DNA of 64,000 nt, taken from NCBI GenBank assembly GCA_963668695.2, contig CAXXLQ010000004.1:1632001-1696000 (forward strand), given 5' to 3'. Positions 19,851 to 31,098 of this stretch are shown in pieces. The notes under the pieces are model-generated. The model was not told the DNA's origin, searched no databases, and worked only from the letters and a program-made list of their open reading frames with translations. The first letter of the stretch is position 1, and each line of letters opens with the position of its first letter. Source of the stretch: Vicinamibacteria bacterium (GTDB lineage: Bacteria; Acidobacteriota; Vicinamibacteria; Marinacidobacterales; Marinacidobacteraceae). The position numbers were made by a program, and so were the translations under genes.

Positions 19851-20220
19851 TGTCGAAGCTCTCCCTCCTGAGTGCGGCCAGTTCCGGGAGGAAGCGCCAG
19901 TCGCGAAGATCCTGTTTCTCAGGTGTCAATTACACGAGATTACACCCCGAAAGGGCGAATTTGGCCCGAGTCGCCGGGATCCCGGTCGCTGCGGAAATCG
20001 GGATCGCTGAGGAGCGCGCGGAAGGGAGAGGGCCGACCTGTCTGGCGCCCTCTGGAATCGCGACGCGTTAGTGGGGCCGTGCAGCGGCGCTCACGAGGGT
20101 GGCCGCGAGCCTCTCCCCCATCCGGCTCGGGAGGTCGCTCACCGGGTCGGCTGATACCGTCCCGCGCATCTCACTCTTGTCTGCCCGGCATGGCGCGGCG
20201 CTTCCTGCGGAGGGAGTGGG

Positions 20221-21753
20221 ATGAGTCGATCGCGGCACACCGCCGGGCGAGGAAACATCCGGCGGTTCGGACTCGACATCAACGGGCCGGTCTTCCTGAG
20301 TTCGGCCGCGGTGATCGTCCTGTTTGTCGCCGGCGCGCTGGCGTTTAGGGAACAGGCGGGGGCTGCGTTCGGGGATCTTCACGCCTATGTCACCGCCAGT
20401 TTCGACTGGCTTTTCTTCGGGAGCGCCAACTTCGCGCTTCTGATCTGCCTGTTCCTCATCGTCTCGCCGCTCGGGCGGGTGCGGATCGGTGGACCAGACG
20501 CCCGGCCCTCGTACTCGCGGCTCACCTGGGGCGCGATGCTCTTCTCGGCCGGCATCGGGATCGGCCTCCTCTTCTTCGGGGTGGCCGAACCGGTGCAGCA
20601 CTTCCTCCATCCTCCGCTCGGCATCGAGCCCCCGAGCGCCGCGGTCGCCATTGCGGCCACCACCTTCCACTGGGGGCTACACGGCTGGGCGACCTACGGG
20701 ATCGCGGCGGTCGCCCTCGCGTTCTTCACCTACAACCGAGGCTTCCCCCTGGCGCTCCGTTCCGCGTTCCACCCGCTGCTGGGAGACCGGGTGTGGGGCT
20801 TCCCCGGCCACGTCATCGACTTCCTGACGGTCTTCGCCACCATTTTCGGACTGGCTACGTCCCTCGGGCTCGGCGCCCGGCAGATCTCCGCCGGCCTGGA
20901 ATACCTGTTCGGAATCCCCGCCACCGACCTCACCGGCACCCTCATCGTCTCGGTGATCACGCTCATCGCGCTGGCGTCGGTGGTGTCCGGACTCGATGTC
21001 GGGGTGCGCCGCCTGAGTGAACTGAACATCCTGCTGGCCCTGGCTCTGATGCTTGCGGTGGTAATCGTGGGTCCGGCCGGCGCGGTAGCCGGAGCCTTCC
21101 TCCGCGGCCTCGGCGCCTACGCTGTGCACATTGCGCCGCTGAGCAACTGGGTGGGCCGGAGCGACACTGCCTTCCTTCAGGACTGGAGCACCTTCTATTT
21201 CGCTTGGTGGTTTGCGTGGACCCCGGTGATCGGGATCTTCATCGCCCGCATCTCGCGCGGGCGCACCGTCCGGGAGATGCTCAGCTTCCTCCTCGTCGTG
21301 CCAACCCTGTTCACCCTCGTCTGGATGAGCGTCTTCGGCGGCGTTGCGCTCCATCAGCTCGCGGTCGACGGCTATACCGGGGCGGCGGATGCGGTGCGGG
21401 CGCTCCAGCCGGAACTGGCCCTCTTCCGCATGTTCGAAGCGCTCCCGCTCGCCGTCCCGCTGGCGAGCGTCGCCATCGTTCTCACCGTCATTTTCTTCGT
21501 CACCTCGTCCGACTCCGGATCGCTGGTCGTGGACTCCATCACCGCCGGCGGCAAGCTGGACGCACCGGTGGTCCAACGCGTCTTCTGGTGCCTGGTCGAG
21601 GGGTTGATCGCGGTAGTTCTCCTCCTCGGCGGCAGCCTCGAATCCCTGCAGGCGGCGGCGGTGACGACCGGCCTCCCGATCGCTGTCGCGGTAGCCGTGA
21701 TCGGTATCGGCCTGTGCTTCGAACTCCGCCGCGAGTCCCGGCGATCGCCGTAA
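20221..21753 (+). CDS. BCCT-family (betaine/choline/carnitine) transporter
   Basis: MLFSAGIGIGLLFFGVAEP, FHWGLHGW, WWFAWTP..G.FIARISRGRT, FFVTSSDSG. Confidence 0.95.
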   Translation: MSRSRHTAGRGNIRRFGLDINGPVFLSSAAVIVLFVAGALAFREQAGAAFGDLHAYVTASFDWLFFGSANFALLICLFLIVSPLGRVRIGGPDARPSYSRLTWGAMLFSAGIGIGLLFFGVAEPVQHFLHPPLGIEPPSAAVAIAATTFHWGLHGWATYGIAAVALAFFTYNRGFPLALRSAFHPLLGDRVWGFPGHVIDFLTVFATIFGLATSLGLGARQISAGLEYLFGIPATDLTGTLIVSVITLIALASVVSGLDVGVRRLSELNILLALALMLAVVIVGPAGAVAGAFLRGLGAYAVHIAPLSNWVGRSDTAFLQDWSTFYFAWWFAWTPVIGIFIARISRGRTVREMLSFLLVVPTLFTLVWMSVFGGVALHQLAVDGYTGAADAVRALQPELALFRMFEALPLAVPLASVAIVLTVIFFVTSSDSGSLVVDSITAGGKLDAPVVQRVFWCLVEGLIAVVLLLGGSLESLQAAAVTTGLPIAVAVAVIGIGLCFELRRESRRSP

Positions 21754-21797
21754 TCGAGCGCGACCCTGGCCGCAAACGGTCAGGGAAACCCTGTTGG

Positions 21798-21994
21798 CAG
21801 CCGGTGGTGGAACCCGGGTGAGCGCCGAGGCCGGCGAGGCGCCCGGCTGACAAGGCGCGTGAGGGAGGAGCCCCCACCGGGAGGACTGGCCCGGGTGTAT
21901 TTCGACCGAAACGCAACGAAGAGCGGAGCGAAGCGGAGTGGTTCAGCCGGGATGGATCGCCGGTCGAACGCCGCCTGGGTTTCACCACCGGCTG
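21798..21994. mobile_element. MITE family A copy with one 18-mer
   Basis: 197 = 179 + 18. TIRs CAGCCGGTGGTG / CACCACCGGCTG. Confidence 0.88.
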
Positions 21995-22025
21995 CTAAGG
22001 TTGGCCGGTTGCTCGGACGGAGGCG

Positions 22026-23189
22026 ATGATGGACAGACGGACGCTGCTGAGAGTGGGCGGAGGGGGTCTGCTCGGGATGGGCCTCGGGGGCTGTTCGGCC
22101 CGATCCGACATCCTGCCGCAGCCACCGTTTCGCTTGCCCATCGTGAACGTGGCGTGGAACCGGATCATCCGGACCACCGTGGGGCTCCGGCCGCATCGCC
22201 CGTCGGGGTTCGTCCTGCGTGCCGATCGGCTCGACCGCACCACGGTGCTTCACAACTACGGCCACGGGGGCTCGGGTATCTCCCTTTCCTGGGGTACGGG
22301 GCGCAAGGTGGCCGAGATGGCGCTCGAGCACCAGAGTCGGCAAGTCGCCGTGCTTGGCTGTGGAGCGGTCGGACTCGCCACCGCGCGCCAGCTCCAGCGC
22401 CGTGGATTCGAGGTCACCATCTACGCCATGTCGGTGCCCCCGAACACGACTTCGAACATGGCTTGGGCCGGGTTCACCCCGGCCTCCTGGCTGGTGGACG
22501 ACAACCTCCGGACCCCCGAGTTTGACGCGCAGTTCCGGGACGCCGTCGAAACCTCCTTTCGTGAGTTCCAGTGGCTGGTTGGCAGGGGGTACGGGGTGGA
22601 CTGGCTCGACCGCTACACGGCCACCGACATCGAACCGCGTGATCCCGCGGCCAGCCGGAGACCCGGGCGGCGCGAGCCGCTACTCCCTGACCATCTGATT
22701 AGCGGCCGGTTCCGCCTGGGCCCCGGGGAGCACCCCTTCCCCACCCGATACGCAACCCGGCGCAGCTACATGCGCATTGAGCCGGCCACCTACCTGGACG
22801 CGCTGGTGCGGGACTTTCGGGACTTCGGTGGGCAGATCGTGATCCGCAAGTTCGCGGATGCCCAGGAACTTGTCGCACTCGATGAGTCGCTCGTGGTCAA
22901 CTGCACCGGACTCGGATCTGGCGAGCTGTTTCCCGATCCGGAACTGATGCCGCTCAAGGGACAGCTCACGGTGCTCATTCCGCAGCGCGAAGTGAACTAT
23001 GCGGTGTCCGGGAATGCTCCCGGAGCACCCCCCGGAGTGGGCGGCTTCAGCATGCAGCCGCGGAGCTCAGGCATCATCCTCGGGGGCACCGCGGAAAAGG
23101 GCGAATCGTCGCTCGAGCCGAATGCCGCGGCCCGGGAGTACCTCGTGAACTCGAACATGAAGTTCTTTGCGGCGATGCGCCGCGTCTGA
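22026..23189 (+). CDS. FAD-dependent D-amino-acid oxidase-like protein with Tat-lipoprotein signal
   Basis: DRRTLL...LGGC signal, GLRP...HNYGHGGSGISLSWG near the N-terminus, LGCGAVG, VNCTGLG. Confidence 0.85.
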   Translation: MMDRRTLLRVGGGGLLGMGLGGCSARSDILPQPPFRLPIVNVAWNRIIRTTVGLRPHRPSGFVLRADRLDRTTVLHNYGHGGSGISLSWGTGRKVAEMALEHQSRQVAVLGCGAVGLATARQLQRRGFEVTIYAMSVPPNTTSNMAWAGFTPASWLVDDNLRTPEFDAQFRDAVETSFREFQWLVGRGYGVDWLDRYTATDIEPRDPAASRRPGRREPLLPDHLISGRFRLGPGEHPFPTRYATRRSYMRIEPATYLDALVRDFRDFGGQIVIRKFADAQELVALDESLVVNCTGLGSGELFPDPELMPLKGQLTVLIPQREVNYAVSGNAPGAPPGVGGFSMQPRSSGIILGGTAEKGESSLEPNAAAREYLVNSNMKFFAAMRRV

Positions 23190-23317
23190 GGCATTCTCCA
23201 CCCGCTCGCGGTGGCGGCGCACTCGCCTGGCGCGGGCTAGACGCGCAAATTGTCGTCGCGGACACCAATTCTCCCGTCAAATCGACGGGAGCACCATAAA
23301 TTCTCCTCTGGCCGAGG

Positions 23318-23460
23318 AATCACCCCTCGGGGTTGGAAGGGCGCGCGGCCCTCACGTCGGCAGATCGCAGCGTCGTCGACGCTGGTTTCGCGCTCCCGCG
23401 CGTGCCGGCCCCCACCGGGAGAACTGGCCAGAGGTCTGGCGTTCCCTTGCCTGCGCGCCA
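23318..23460 (-). repeat. Repeat family C partial copy with 18-mer
   Basis: Reverse complement aligns with 14303-14420. Confidence 0.75.
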
Positions 23461-23481
23461 TTCCGGCGGCGCGCGCCCGGC

Positions 23482-25061
<1,580 letters not shown>

Positions 25062-25133
25062 CTAGGGTAATCCGATCCCCACCCCGACCGGGAGAATGAG
25101 GGCTCGCCGGGGGCGGGGTTCCGGTTCCGATCC

Positions 25134-26174
25134 ATGCCAGAAACCCTTCCGATTCCTGATTTCTTCGACTCCGAGCGCGTGAGCCAGCTCTATCGGGTTC
25201 CTTACGAGACCCGCGCCACCGAGGCTCGGGAATGGGCCCGGCGTCACGACCTGAGCCCGGCGGCCGGCGATGCGCCACGCGTCGGTCTGCTGCTCGTGGA
25301 CTGCCAGAACACCTTCTGTCTGCCGGGGGGCGAACTCTTCGTCGCGGGCCGCTCAGGACTCGGCGCGGTGAAGGACTCCTGGCGGGTCTGTCAGTTTCTG
25401 TACAAACATCTGGACCGGATCAGCGAAGTCGTCCTGACTCTCGATACCCACACCGCCATCCAGGTGTTCCACGCGCATTTCTTCCTGGACGAAAACGGGA
25501 GTCCTCCCGCCGCGTACACCCAGATCACCTCCGAGGATCTTGAAACGGGCCGTTACCGCGTGAATCCGGACGCGGCCGCGGGGGCCGGTCTCGACCAGGA
25601 GGAACTCTCCCGCCACGCGCTCCATTACTGCCGCCGGCTCGAAGCGCAGGGAAAGTACGTGCTCGTCATCTGGCCCTACCACGCCATGCTCGGAGGGGCC
25701 GGGCACGCGCTGGTTCCGGCGATCGAAGAAGCCGTGTTCTTTCATTCGATCGCGCGTTCCGCGCAGCCGGTATTCGAGTCCAAGGGCCGGAATCCGCTCA
25801 CCGAGAACTACTCGGTCCTGCGCCCCGAGGTGCTCGAAGACGCCGATGGAAACCCGATCGCGGAACCGAACCGGCAGTTGCTCGACCGCTTGCTCGAATA
25901 TGACGCCCTGATAGTCGCCGGGCAGGCCAAGAGCCACTGTGTGGCCTGGACGGTCTCCGACCTGCGGGACGAAATCAAACGGCGCGATCCGGATGGATCG
26001 CAAGGCCTCGCGCGCCGGGTTTTCCTGTTGGAAGACGCCACCTCGCCGGTAGTGGTCCCGGGCGCCGATTTCACCGACGCCGCCGCCGCGGCCTATGCCG
26101 ATTTCGAGCGCGCGGGAATGGTCCGGGTGCAGAGCACCGACCCGCTTGAGGAGTGGCCCGGCTTTCCGACCTGA
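25134..26174 (+). CDS. pncA: Isochorismatase-superfamily nicotinamidase-like hydrolase
   Basis: LLVDCQNTFC, TLDTH, WPYHA, KG.NPLTENYS, GQAKSHCV. Translationally coupled to pncB. Confidence 0.75.
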   Translation: MPETLPIPDFFDSERVSQLYRVPYETRATEAREWARRHDLSPAAGDAPRVGLLLVDCQNTFCLPGGELFVAGRSGLGAVKDSWRVCQFLYKHLDRISEVVLTLDTHTAIQVFHAHFFLDENGSPPAAYTQITSEDLETGRYRVNPDAAAGAGLDQEELSRHALHYCRRLEAQGKYVLVIWPYHAMLGGAGHALVPAIEEAVFFHSIARSAQPVFESKGRNPLTENYSVLRPEVLEDADGNPIAEPNRQLLDRLLEYDALIVAGQAKSHCVAWTVSDLRDEIKRRDPDGSQGLARRVFLLEDATSPVVVPGADFTDAAAAAYADFERAGMVRVQSTDPLEEWPGFPT

Positions 26175-27403
26175 CGGCCGCTCCTCCGGTCGCCTCGCTC
26201 CTCGACGTGGACTTCTACAAGTTCACGATGGGTCAGTTTGTCTTCCGGCTGCACCGTGAGGTTCGCGTCCGCTACCGGCTTCTCTGCCGGACGCCGAATG
26301 TCCGTCTCGCGGATCTGGTTCCGGAGGACGTTCTGCGGGATGTCCTCGATTCCATTCGCGAGCTGTCGTTTACTCCCGCCGAGATTGCCTACCTCCGGGG
26401 TCTCGAGCCGCGGGGGCTCTTCGGCGACGACTACCTGGACTTCCTCGGACAACTCCGCCTGCCGCCGGTCGAACTCGAAGTCAGGGGCGGTGATTTCCGG
26501 ATAGAGGTTGAATCCTCCTGGTCCGGGATGATCCTGTGGGAAACGCTCATCCTGTCCGCGTTAAGCGAACTCCTCTCGCGGGCTGCGATTGCCGCGGGAG
26601 GTGCGGGGGCCGGGAAAGCAGCCGCAGAAGCCGGCCGGGAGCGGCTCGAGGAGAAGATCGCCAGGCTTCGGGAACACCCCGGACTCCGCTTCGCTTCATT
26701 CGGGACCCGTCGCCGGTTTTCACGCGTCTGGCAGTTCGAGTTGGAAGAACGCCTCGCCCGGGCACTGCCGGACCAGTTCGTCGGCACCTCGTGCGTCGCA
26801 TCGGCCTACCAGCACGGGTTGGTTCCCGTGGGGACGATCGCCCACGAGATCTTCATGGTCGGCGCCGCGTTGGGGAACGGGTCCGACGGGTCAATCCGTG
26901 GGTCTCAGTGCCGGATGCTGGACTCATGGTGGGCCATGTACGACGAGCCTCTCTCGCTTTTTCTCACGGATACCTGGGGTTCCGAGTTCTACTTCGGCGA
27001 TGTCGACGAAGCGCGGGCCCGGGAGTACCGAGGAGTCCGGCAGGACTCCGGCGATCCGGCCGCGTTCGGGGAGCGGTTGGTCCGTTGGTACGAGGATTTC
27101 GGTGTGGATCCCCGGCAAAAGTCACTCGTGTTCAGCGACGGGCTGGAACTCCCCGAGATCCTCGATCTCGAATCGCGTTTCGCCGGAAGGATCGCGGTGT
27201 CCTACGGCTGGGGCACGAACCTGACGAACGACTGCGGATTTCCCAACTATTCGCTCGTGGTGAAGCCGGTCGCCGCAAATGGCCGGCCGCTCGTCAAGCT
27301 CAGTGACAATCCGGCAAAGAGCACGGGAATTCCGTCGGAGATTTCCCGGTACCGGCGGATATTCGACGCCCCGGCGGGGCCCTTGCGGATACCGCGCTAC
27401 TGA
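26153..27403 (+). CDS. pncB: Nicotinate phosphoribosyltransferase
   Basis: SLLDVDFYKFTM, FGTRRRFS, GTIAHE, GVRQDSGDP, FSDGL, VKLSDNPAK. Confidence 0.95.
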   Translation: MARLSDLTAAPPVASLLDVDFYKFTMGQFVFRLHREVRVRYRLLCRTPNVRLADLVPEDVLRDVLDSIRELSFTPAEIAYLRGLEPRGLFGDDYLDFLGQLRLPPVELEVRGGDFRIEVESSWSGMILWETLILSALSELLSRAAIAAGGAGAGKAAAEAGRERLEEKIARLREHPGLRFASFGTRRRFSRVWQFELEERLARALPDQFVGTSCVASAYQHGLVPVGTIAHEIFMVGAALGNGSDGSIRGSQCRMLDSWWAMYDEPLSLFLTDTWGSEFYFGDVDEARAREYRGVRQDSGDPAAFGERLVRWYEDFGVDPRQKSLVFSDGLELPEILDLESRFAGRIAVSYGWGTNLTNDCGFPNYSLVVKPVAANGRPLVKLSDNPAKSTGIPSEISRYRRIFDAPAGPLRIPRY

Positions 27404-27537
27404 TCGGTAGCCGCCGACTCTTCGGCGGACCGGGGAATTTCTGGCGGGGGAATCTGGCGGGGGAGTTTCTGACGGGGGCGGCTGACGGGGGGGGTGACGG
27501 GGGGTGACGCGTAACCGCTCGCGCACTGAGCCGCGCT

Positions 27538-28518
27538 TCAGCCGGCTTCTTTGGGAGCGTTCGTTCCCCGTGGGTGGGTCTTTGAATACACCTCGAAGAT
27601 CTTCGCCGTCGAGACGTGTGTGTACTTCTGGGTGGTGGCCAGACTCGCGTGACCCAGCAGCTCCTGGATGGAACGCAAGTCGGCTCCCCGGTCGAGCAGA
27701 TGGGTCGCGAATGCGTGGCGCAGGGTGTGCGGTGAAACCGCCCCGGCGAGCCGTACCAGACCGGCTTCTCCCAGGTAGCGCTGCACTACGGTGCGCACGG
27801 ACCGGTCGGAAAGGCGTCCACCCCGGGAGTTCAGGAAAACGGCCTCCGCGTCCCCGTCGGTCCCCTGGATGCCGGCCCGGACCCGGAGCCAGGGGCCCAG
27901 CGCGTCGGCTGCGACCTCACCGAAAGGGACCACCCGCTCCTTGCGACCCTTTCCGAGGACCCGGAGGATCCGGTGGTTCGGGTTGAGGTCGGCGAGGTTG
28001 AGACTGACCAGTTCCGACACCCGCAGTCCCGTTCCGTACAGGAGTTCGAGAATGGCGAGATCGCGGCAGCCGAGCGCCGTGGTTGGATCCGGGGCGTTCA
28101 GCAAGGCCTCGACCTCGTCCATTTCCATGCGCGTCGGAATCCTCCCGGGAATCCGTGGCGCCTTGAGGGCCCGCGCCGGGTCCGTTTCCACCGCTCCCGA
28201 ACGGATGAGATACCGGTAGAGGGAACGCAGAGCCGCCAGCTTCCGCGCTACCGTCGTGCTGGACAGACCGCGCTCGTGAAGCGAGCCGAGGTAGGCGCGC
28301 AGCAAACCGGTGTCAACCTGTGACGCACCGGGGGTTCTATCCCCCGATCCGCGTTCCGCTTCGAGAAACTCGGTGAAGTGGGCGAGATCGCTTCCGTAGC
28401 TCCTGACCGTGTTGGGAGAGGCGCCGCGGCGCTCCTCCAGATCTTCCAGAAAATCCTGAATCAGCGCCCGCAGCGGAGCCGGCGACGACGCCGTGGGCTC
28501 TTCCGATCCGGGACTCAC
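27538..28518 (-). CDS. xerC: Tyrosine recombinase XerC
   Basis: LLYGTGLRVSE, GKGRKERVVP, HTLRHAFATH, LGH, TQKYTHV. Downstream of topA. Confidence 0.9.
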   Translation of the reverse strand: MSPGSEEPTASSPAPLRALIQDFLEDLEERRGASPNTVRSYGSDLAHFTEFLEAERGSGDRTPGASQVDTGLLRAYLGSLHERGLSSTTVARKLAALRSLYRYLIRSGAVETDPARALKAPRIPGRIPTRMEMDEVEALLNAPDPTTALGCRDLAILELLYGTGLRVSELVSLNLADLNPNHRILRVLGKGRKERVVPFGEVAADALGPWLRVRAGIQGTDGDAEAVFLNSRGGRLSDRSVRTVVQRYLGEAGLVRLAGAVSPHTLRHAFATHLLDRGADLRSIQELLGHASLATTQKYTHVSTAKIFEVYSKTHPRGTNAPKEAG

Positions 28519-30797
28519 GAACTAGCGACTCGCGAGCGGGTGCCGCGTTTTGCCGCGGTCTTGCGGGACGTCGCTCTTTTGCCTTTCTTCGAGGGATCGG
28601 GCTGAATGTAGCGGCATTTCGGAAAACTGCTGCAGCCGACAAAGGGGCCGCGGCGGCTCTGCCTCTGGACGAGCTGTTCCCCGCACTCCGGACACGTCCC
28701 CTCCACCGGCACGGGCGCCGCGCGGGCGACGAGTCTGCCATTGCGGATCTGGATGATCTTCGTGCATTCGGGGTAGCGGGTGCAGCCGAGGAAAGCCCCG
28801 AAGCGTCCGCGCTTTTCGGACATGGGAGCCCCGCATTCCGGGCATACGGGCGCCTCTTCGTCGCTCGCTTCATCCCCTGGGTCCGTCAGCGACCGGCTGC
28901 CCCGGCAATCCGGGAAGCCTTCGCATCCGAGGAACTTCTCGCCGCCCGACCAGCGGAGAACAAGCGGACGTCCGCAGCGATCGCAAGGTTCGGCGGTCGG
29001 CAACCCCTTCACCCGTGGCATCTCGACGATGGCCTTTTCGAGGTCGCGGGAGAAATCTGCGTAAAACGCCTCCAGGGTGCCCTCGAAGCCGGCCTCTCCC
29101 TGCTCGATGCGGTCGAGGTTTTCCTCCATGTCCGCCGTGTAGCGGACGTTGAACAGGTTGTCGAAGCTCCCGGCAAGCAACTCGCTCACCAGCATGCCCA
29201 CCTCGGTGGGAACGAAGACCCGCTGCCTGGTCCGCACGTACTCCCGATCCTTGATCTTGCGCAGGGTCGGCACGTAGGTGCTGGGCCTCCCGATCCCGTT
29301 TTGCTCGAGCTTGCGGATCAGGCTCGCCTCGCTGTACCGCTTGGGCGGCGCCGTGAAGTGCTGGATCGGAAGAATCTGGTCAAGAGTGAGCGGCTGTCCG
29401 GCCCGCAGGGGCGGGATCACCGCTTTTCCCTCGGATTCCGCGGACGGCCCCGGGTCTTCCACTGCCTCGCGATAGAGCACCCGATACCCGCGTTCGATCA
29501 GCACGGACCCGGTCGCCACGAGTCGCTCCGGAGCCTGGCCGAAGCCGGGGATCTCGGGCATACCGCCGCCGCCCGGGGGTTCGGCGAGGATCGTGGCCTT
29601 GGTGTCATGCCATACGGCCGGGGTCATCTGGGAGGCGATGAACCGCTCCCAGATCATCCGATACAGCTTCCGCTGGTCCTCGCTGAGAAAGGCTGCCACC
29701 TGATCGGGGGACCGCTCGATCGAGGTAGGCCGGATGGCTTCGTGAGCGTCCTGCGCTCCCTTCAGTTTCCGGAAGTAGTTGGGCCGCTCCGGAAGGAAGT
29801 CACCGCCGAATCGCTGCCCGATGAACCTGCGCACATCCTGAAGCGCCTGATCCGAGACTCGGGTCGAATCCGTCCGCAGGTAGGTGATCAATCCCACTCG
29901 ATCGCCCGACCCGAGATCCACGCCCTCGTAGAGCCCCTGAGCGGCGCGCATCGTTCGGGCGGCAGGGAAGCGGAACAGGGAGGCCGCCTGCCGCTGCATG
30001 GTGCTCGTGATGAACGGGGGAGGCGCCTTCTCGTGACGATCCTTGGCCTCGACATCGCTCACCCGGAATTGGCACTGCCCGAGCGCATGCTGGATCTGGC
30101 GCGCTGTGGCCTCCTCCCGAACCGCCGGCTCCCGGGGGAGGCTCTTCGGCACTTCGGCGGTCGCACGGAGCGACGCCCCGTCGCTGGTGGCCAATTGGGC
30201 GTCGATCGTCCAGTACTCCTCGATGTTGAAAGCCCGAATCTCGCGTTCCCGGGTGCAGATGAGGCGCAGCGCGACCGACTGCACGCGGCCGGCGGAAAGA
30301 CGCGGAGCAACTTTCCGGGAAAGGAGGGGCGAGATCTTGTAGCCGACGATCCGGTCCAACACCCGCCGCGTCTGCTGGGCCTTCACCTTGTTCGCATCCA
30401 CCTCACCAGCCTGCTCGAGCGCTCTCCGGACCGCCGGCGGGGTGATCTCGTGGAAGGTGATCCGCTGGATTGGAACCCGGTGGCCGGGCCCCAGCGCGTC
30501 GAGAAACTCCTCCGCGAGGTCGTGGCTGATCGCTTCCCCTTCCCGGTCGGGGTCCGTTGCGAGATAGATGTGGGACGCCTTGCGGGCGGCGCGCTTCAGG
30601 CTGTCGAGGATCTTGGCCCGGTCCGGAACGACCTCGAATTGCGGGCGAAATCCGTTGGCTATGTCCACCGAAAGGCCGCGCTGCGGCAGGTCCCGAACGT
30701 GCCCGCCGGAGGCCATCACCCGGAAGGAGCCCCCCAGAAATCGCTCGATGGTTTTGGCCTTGGCGGCAGATTCGACGACGACGAGTGCGTTCCCCAT
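28515..30797 (-). CDS. topA: DNA topoisomerase I
   Basis: VVESAAKAK, ATDPDREGEAI, SAGRVQS, ITYLRTDS, C-terminal zinc ribbons. Confidence 0.97.
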   Translation of the reverse strand: MGNALVVVESAAKAKTIERFLGGSFRVMASGGHVRDLPQRGLSVDIANGFRPQFEVVPDRAKILDSLKRAARKASHIYLATDPDREGEAISHDLAEEFLDALGPGHRVPIQRITFHEITPPAVRRALEQAGEVDANKVKAQQTRRVLDRIVGYKISPLLSRKVAPRLSAGRVQSVALRLICTREREIRAFNIEEYWTIDAQLATSDGASLRATAEVPKSLPREPAVREEATARQIQHALGQCQFRVSDVEAKDRHEKAPPPFITSTMQRQAASLFRFPAARTMRAAQGLYEGVDLGSGDRVGLITYLRTDSTRVSDQALQDVRRFIGQRFGGDFLPERPNYFRKLKGAQDAHEAIRPTSIERSPDQVAAFLSEDQRKLYRMIWERFIASQMTPAVWHDTKATILAEPPGGGGMPEIPGFGQAPERLVATGSVLIERGYRVLYREAVEDPGPSAESEGKAVIPPLRAGQPLTLDQILPIQHFTAPPKRYSEASLIRKLEQNGIGRPSTYVPTLRKIKDREYVRTRQRVFVPTEVGMLVSELLAGSFDNLFNVRYTADMEENLDRIEQGEAGFEGTLEAFYADFSRDLEKAIVEMPRVKGLPTAEPCDRCGRPLVLRWSGGEKFLGCEGFPDCRGSRSLTDPGDEASDEEAPVCPECGAPMSEKRGRFGAFLGCTRYPECTKIIQIRNGRLVARAAPVPVEGTCPECGEQLVQRQSRRGPFVGCSSFPKCRYIQPDPSKKGKRATSRKTAAKRGTRSRVASS

Positions 30798-30848
30798 GGT
30801 TCGCGTTCAGTGTAACGACAGCCTCTTGGCGATCATTCGGCTGCCTAA

Positions 30849-31098
30849 CAGCCGGTGGCGAAACCCGGGCGGCGTTCGCCCGGCGATCCATCCCGGCAAA
30901 ACAGCCTGTAGTGGAACCCGCACGGCGTTCGGCCGGCGATCCATCCCGGCTGAACCGCGTCGCTTCGCGCCGCTCATCGTTACGTTTCGGTCGAAATACA
31001 CGCGGGCCAGTTCTCCCGGTGGGGGCTCCTCCCTCACGCGCCTTGTCAGCCGGGCGCCTCACCGGGCTCGGCGCTCACCCGGGTTCCACCACAGGCTA
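30849..31098. mobile_element. MITE family A copy with a duplicated 53-bp end and one 18-mer
   Basis: 30849-30901 repeats the terminus. 30902-31098 = 197 bp. Flanks CTAA / TTAA. Confidence 0.85.

Noticed and set aside
27538-28518. Mobile-element integrase responsible for the repeats
   Set aside because: It lies in the conserved dprA-topA-xerC housekeeping context and looks like chromosomal XerC.
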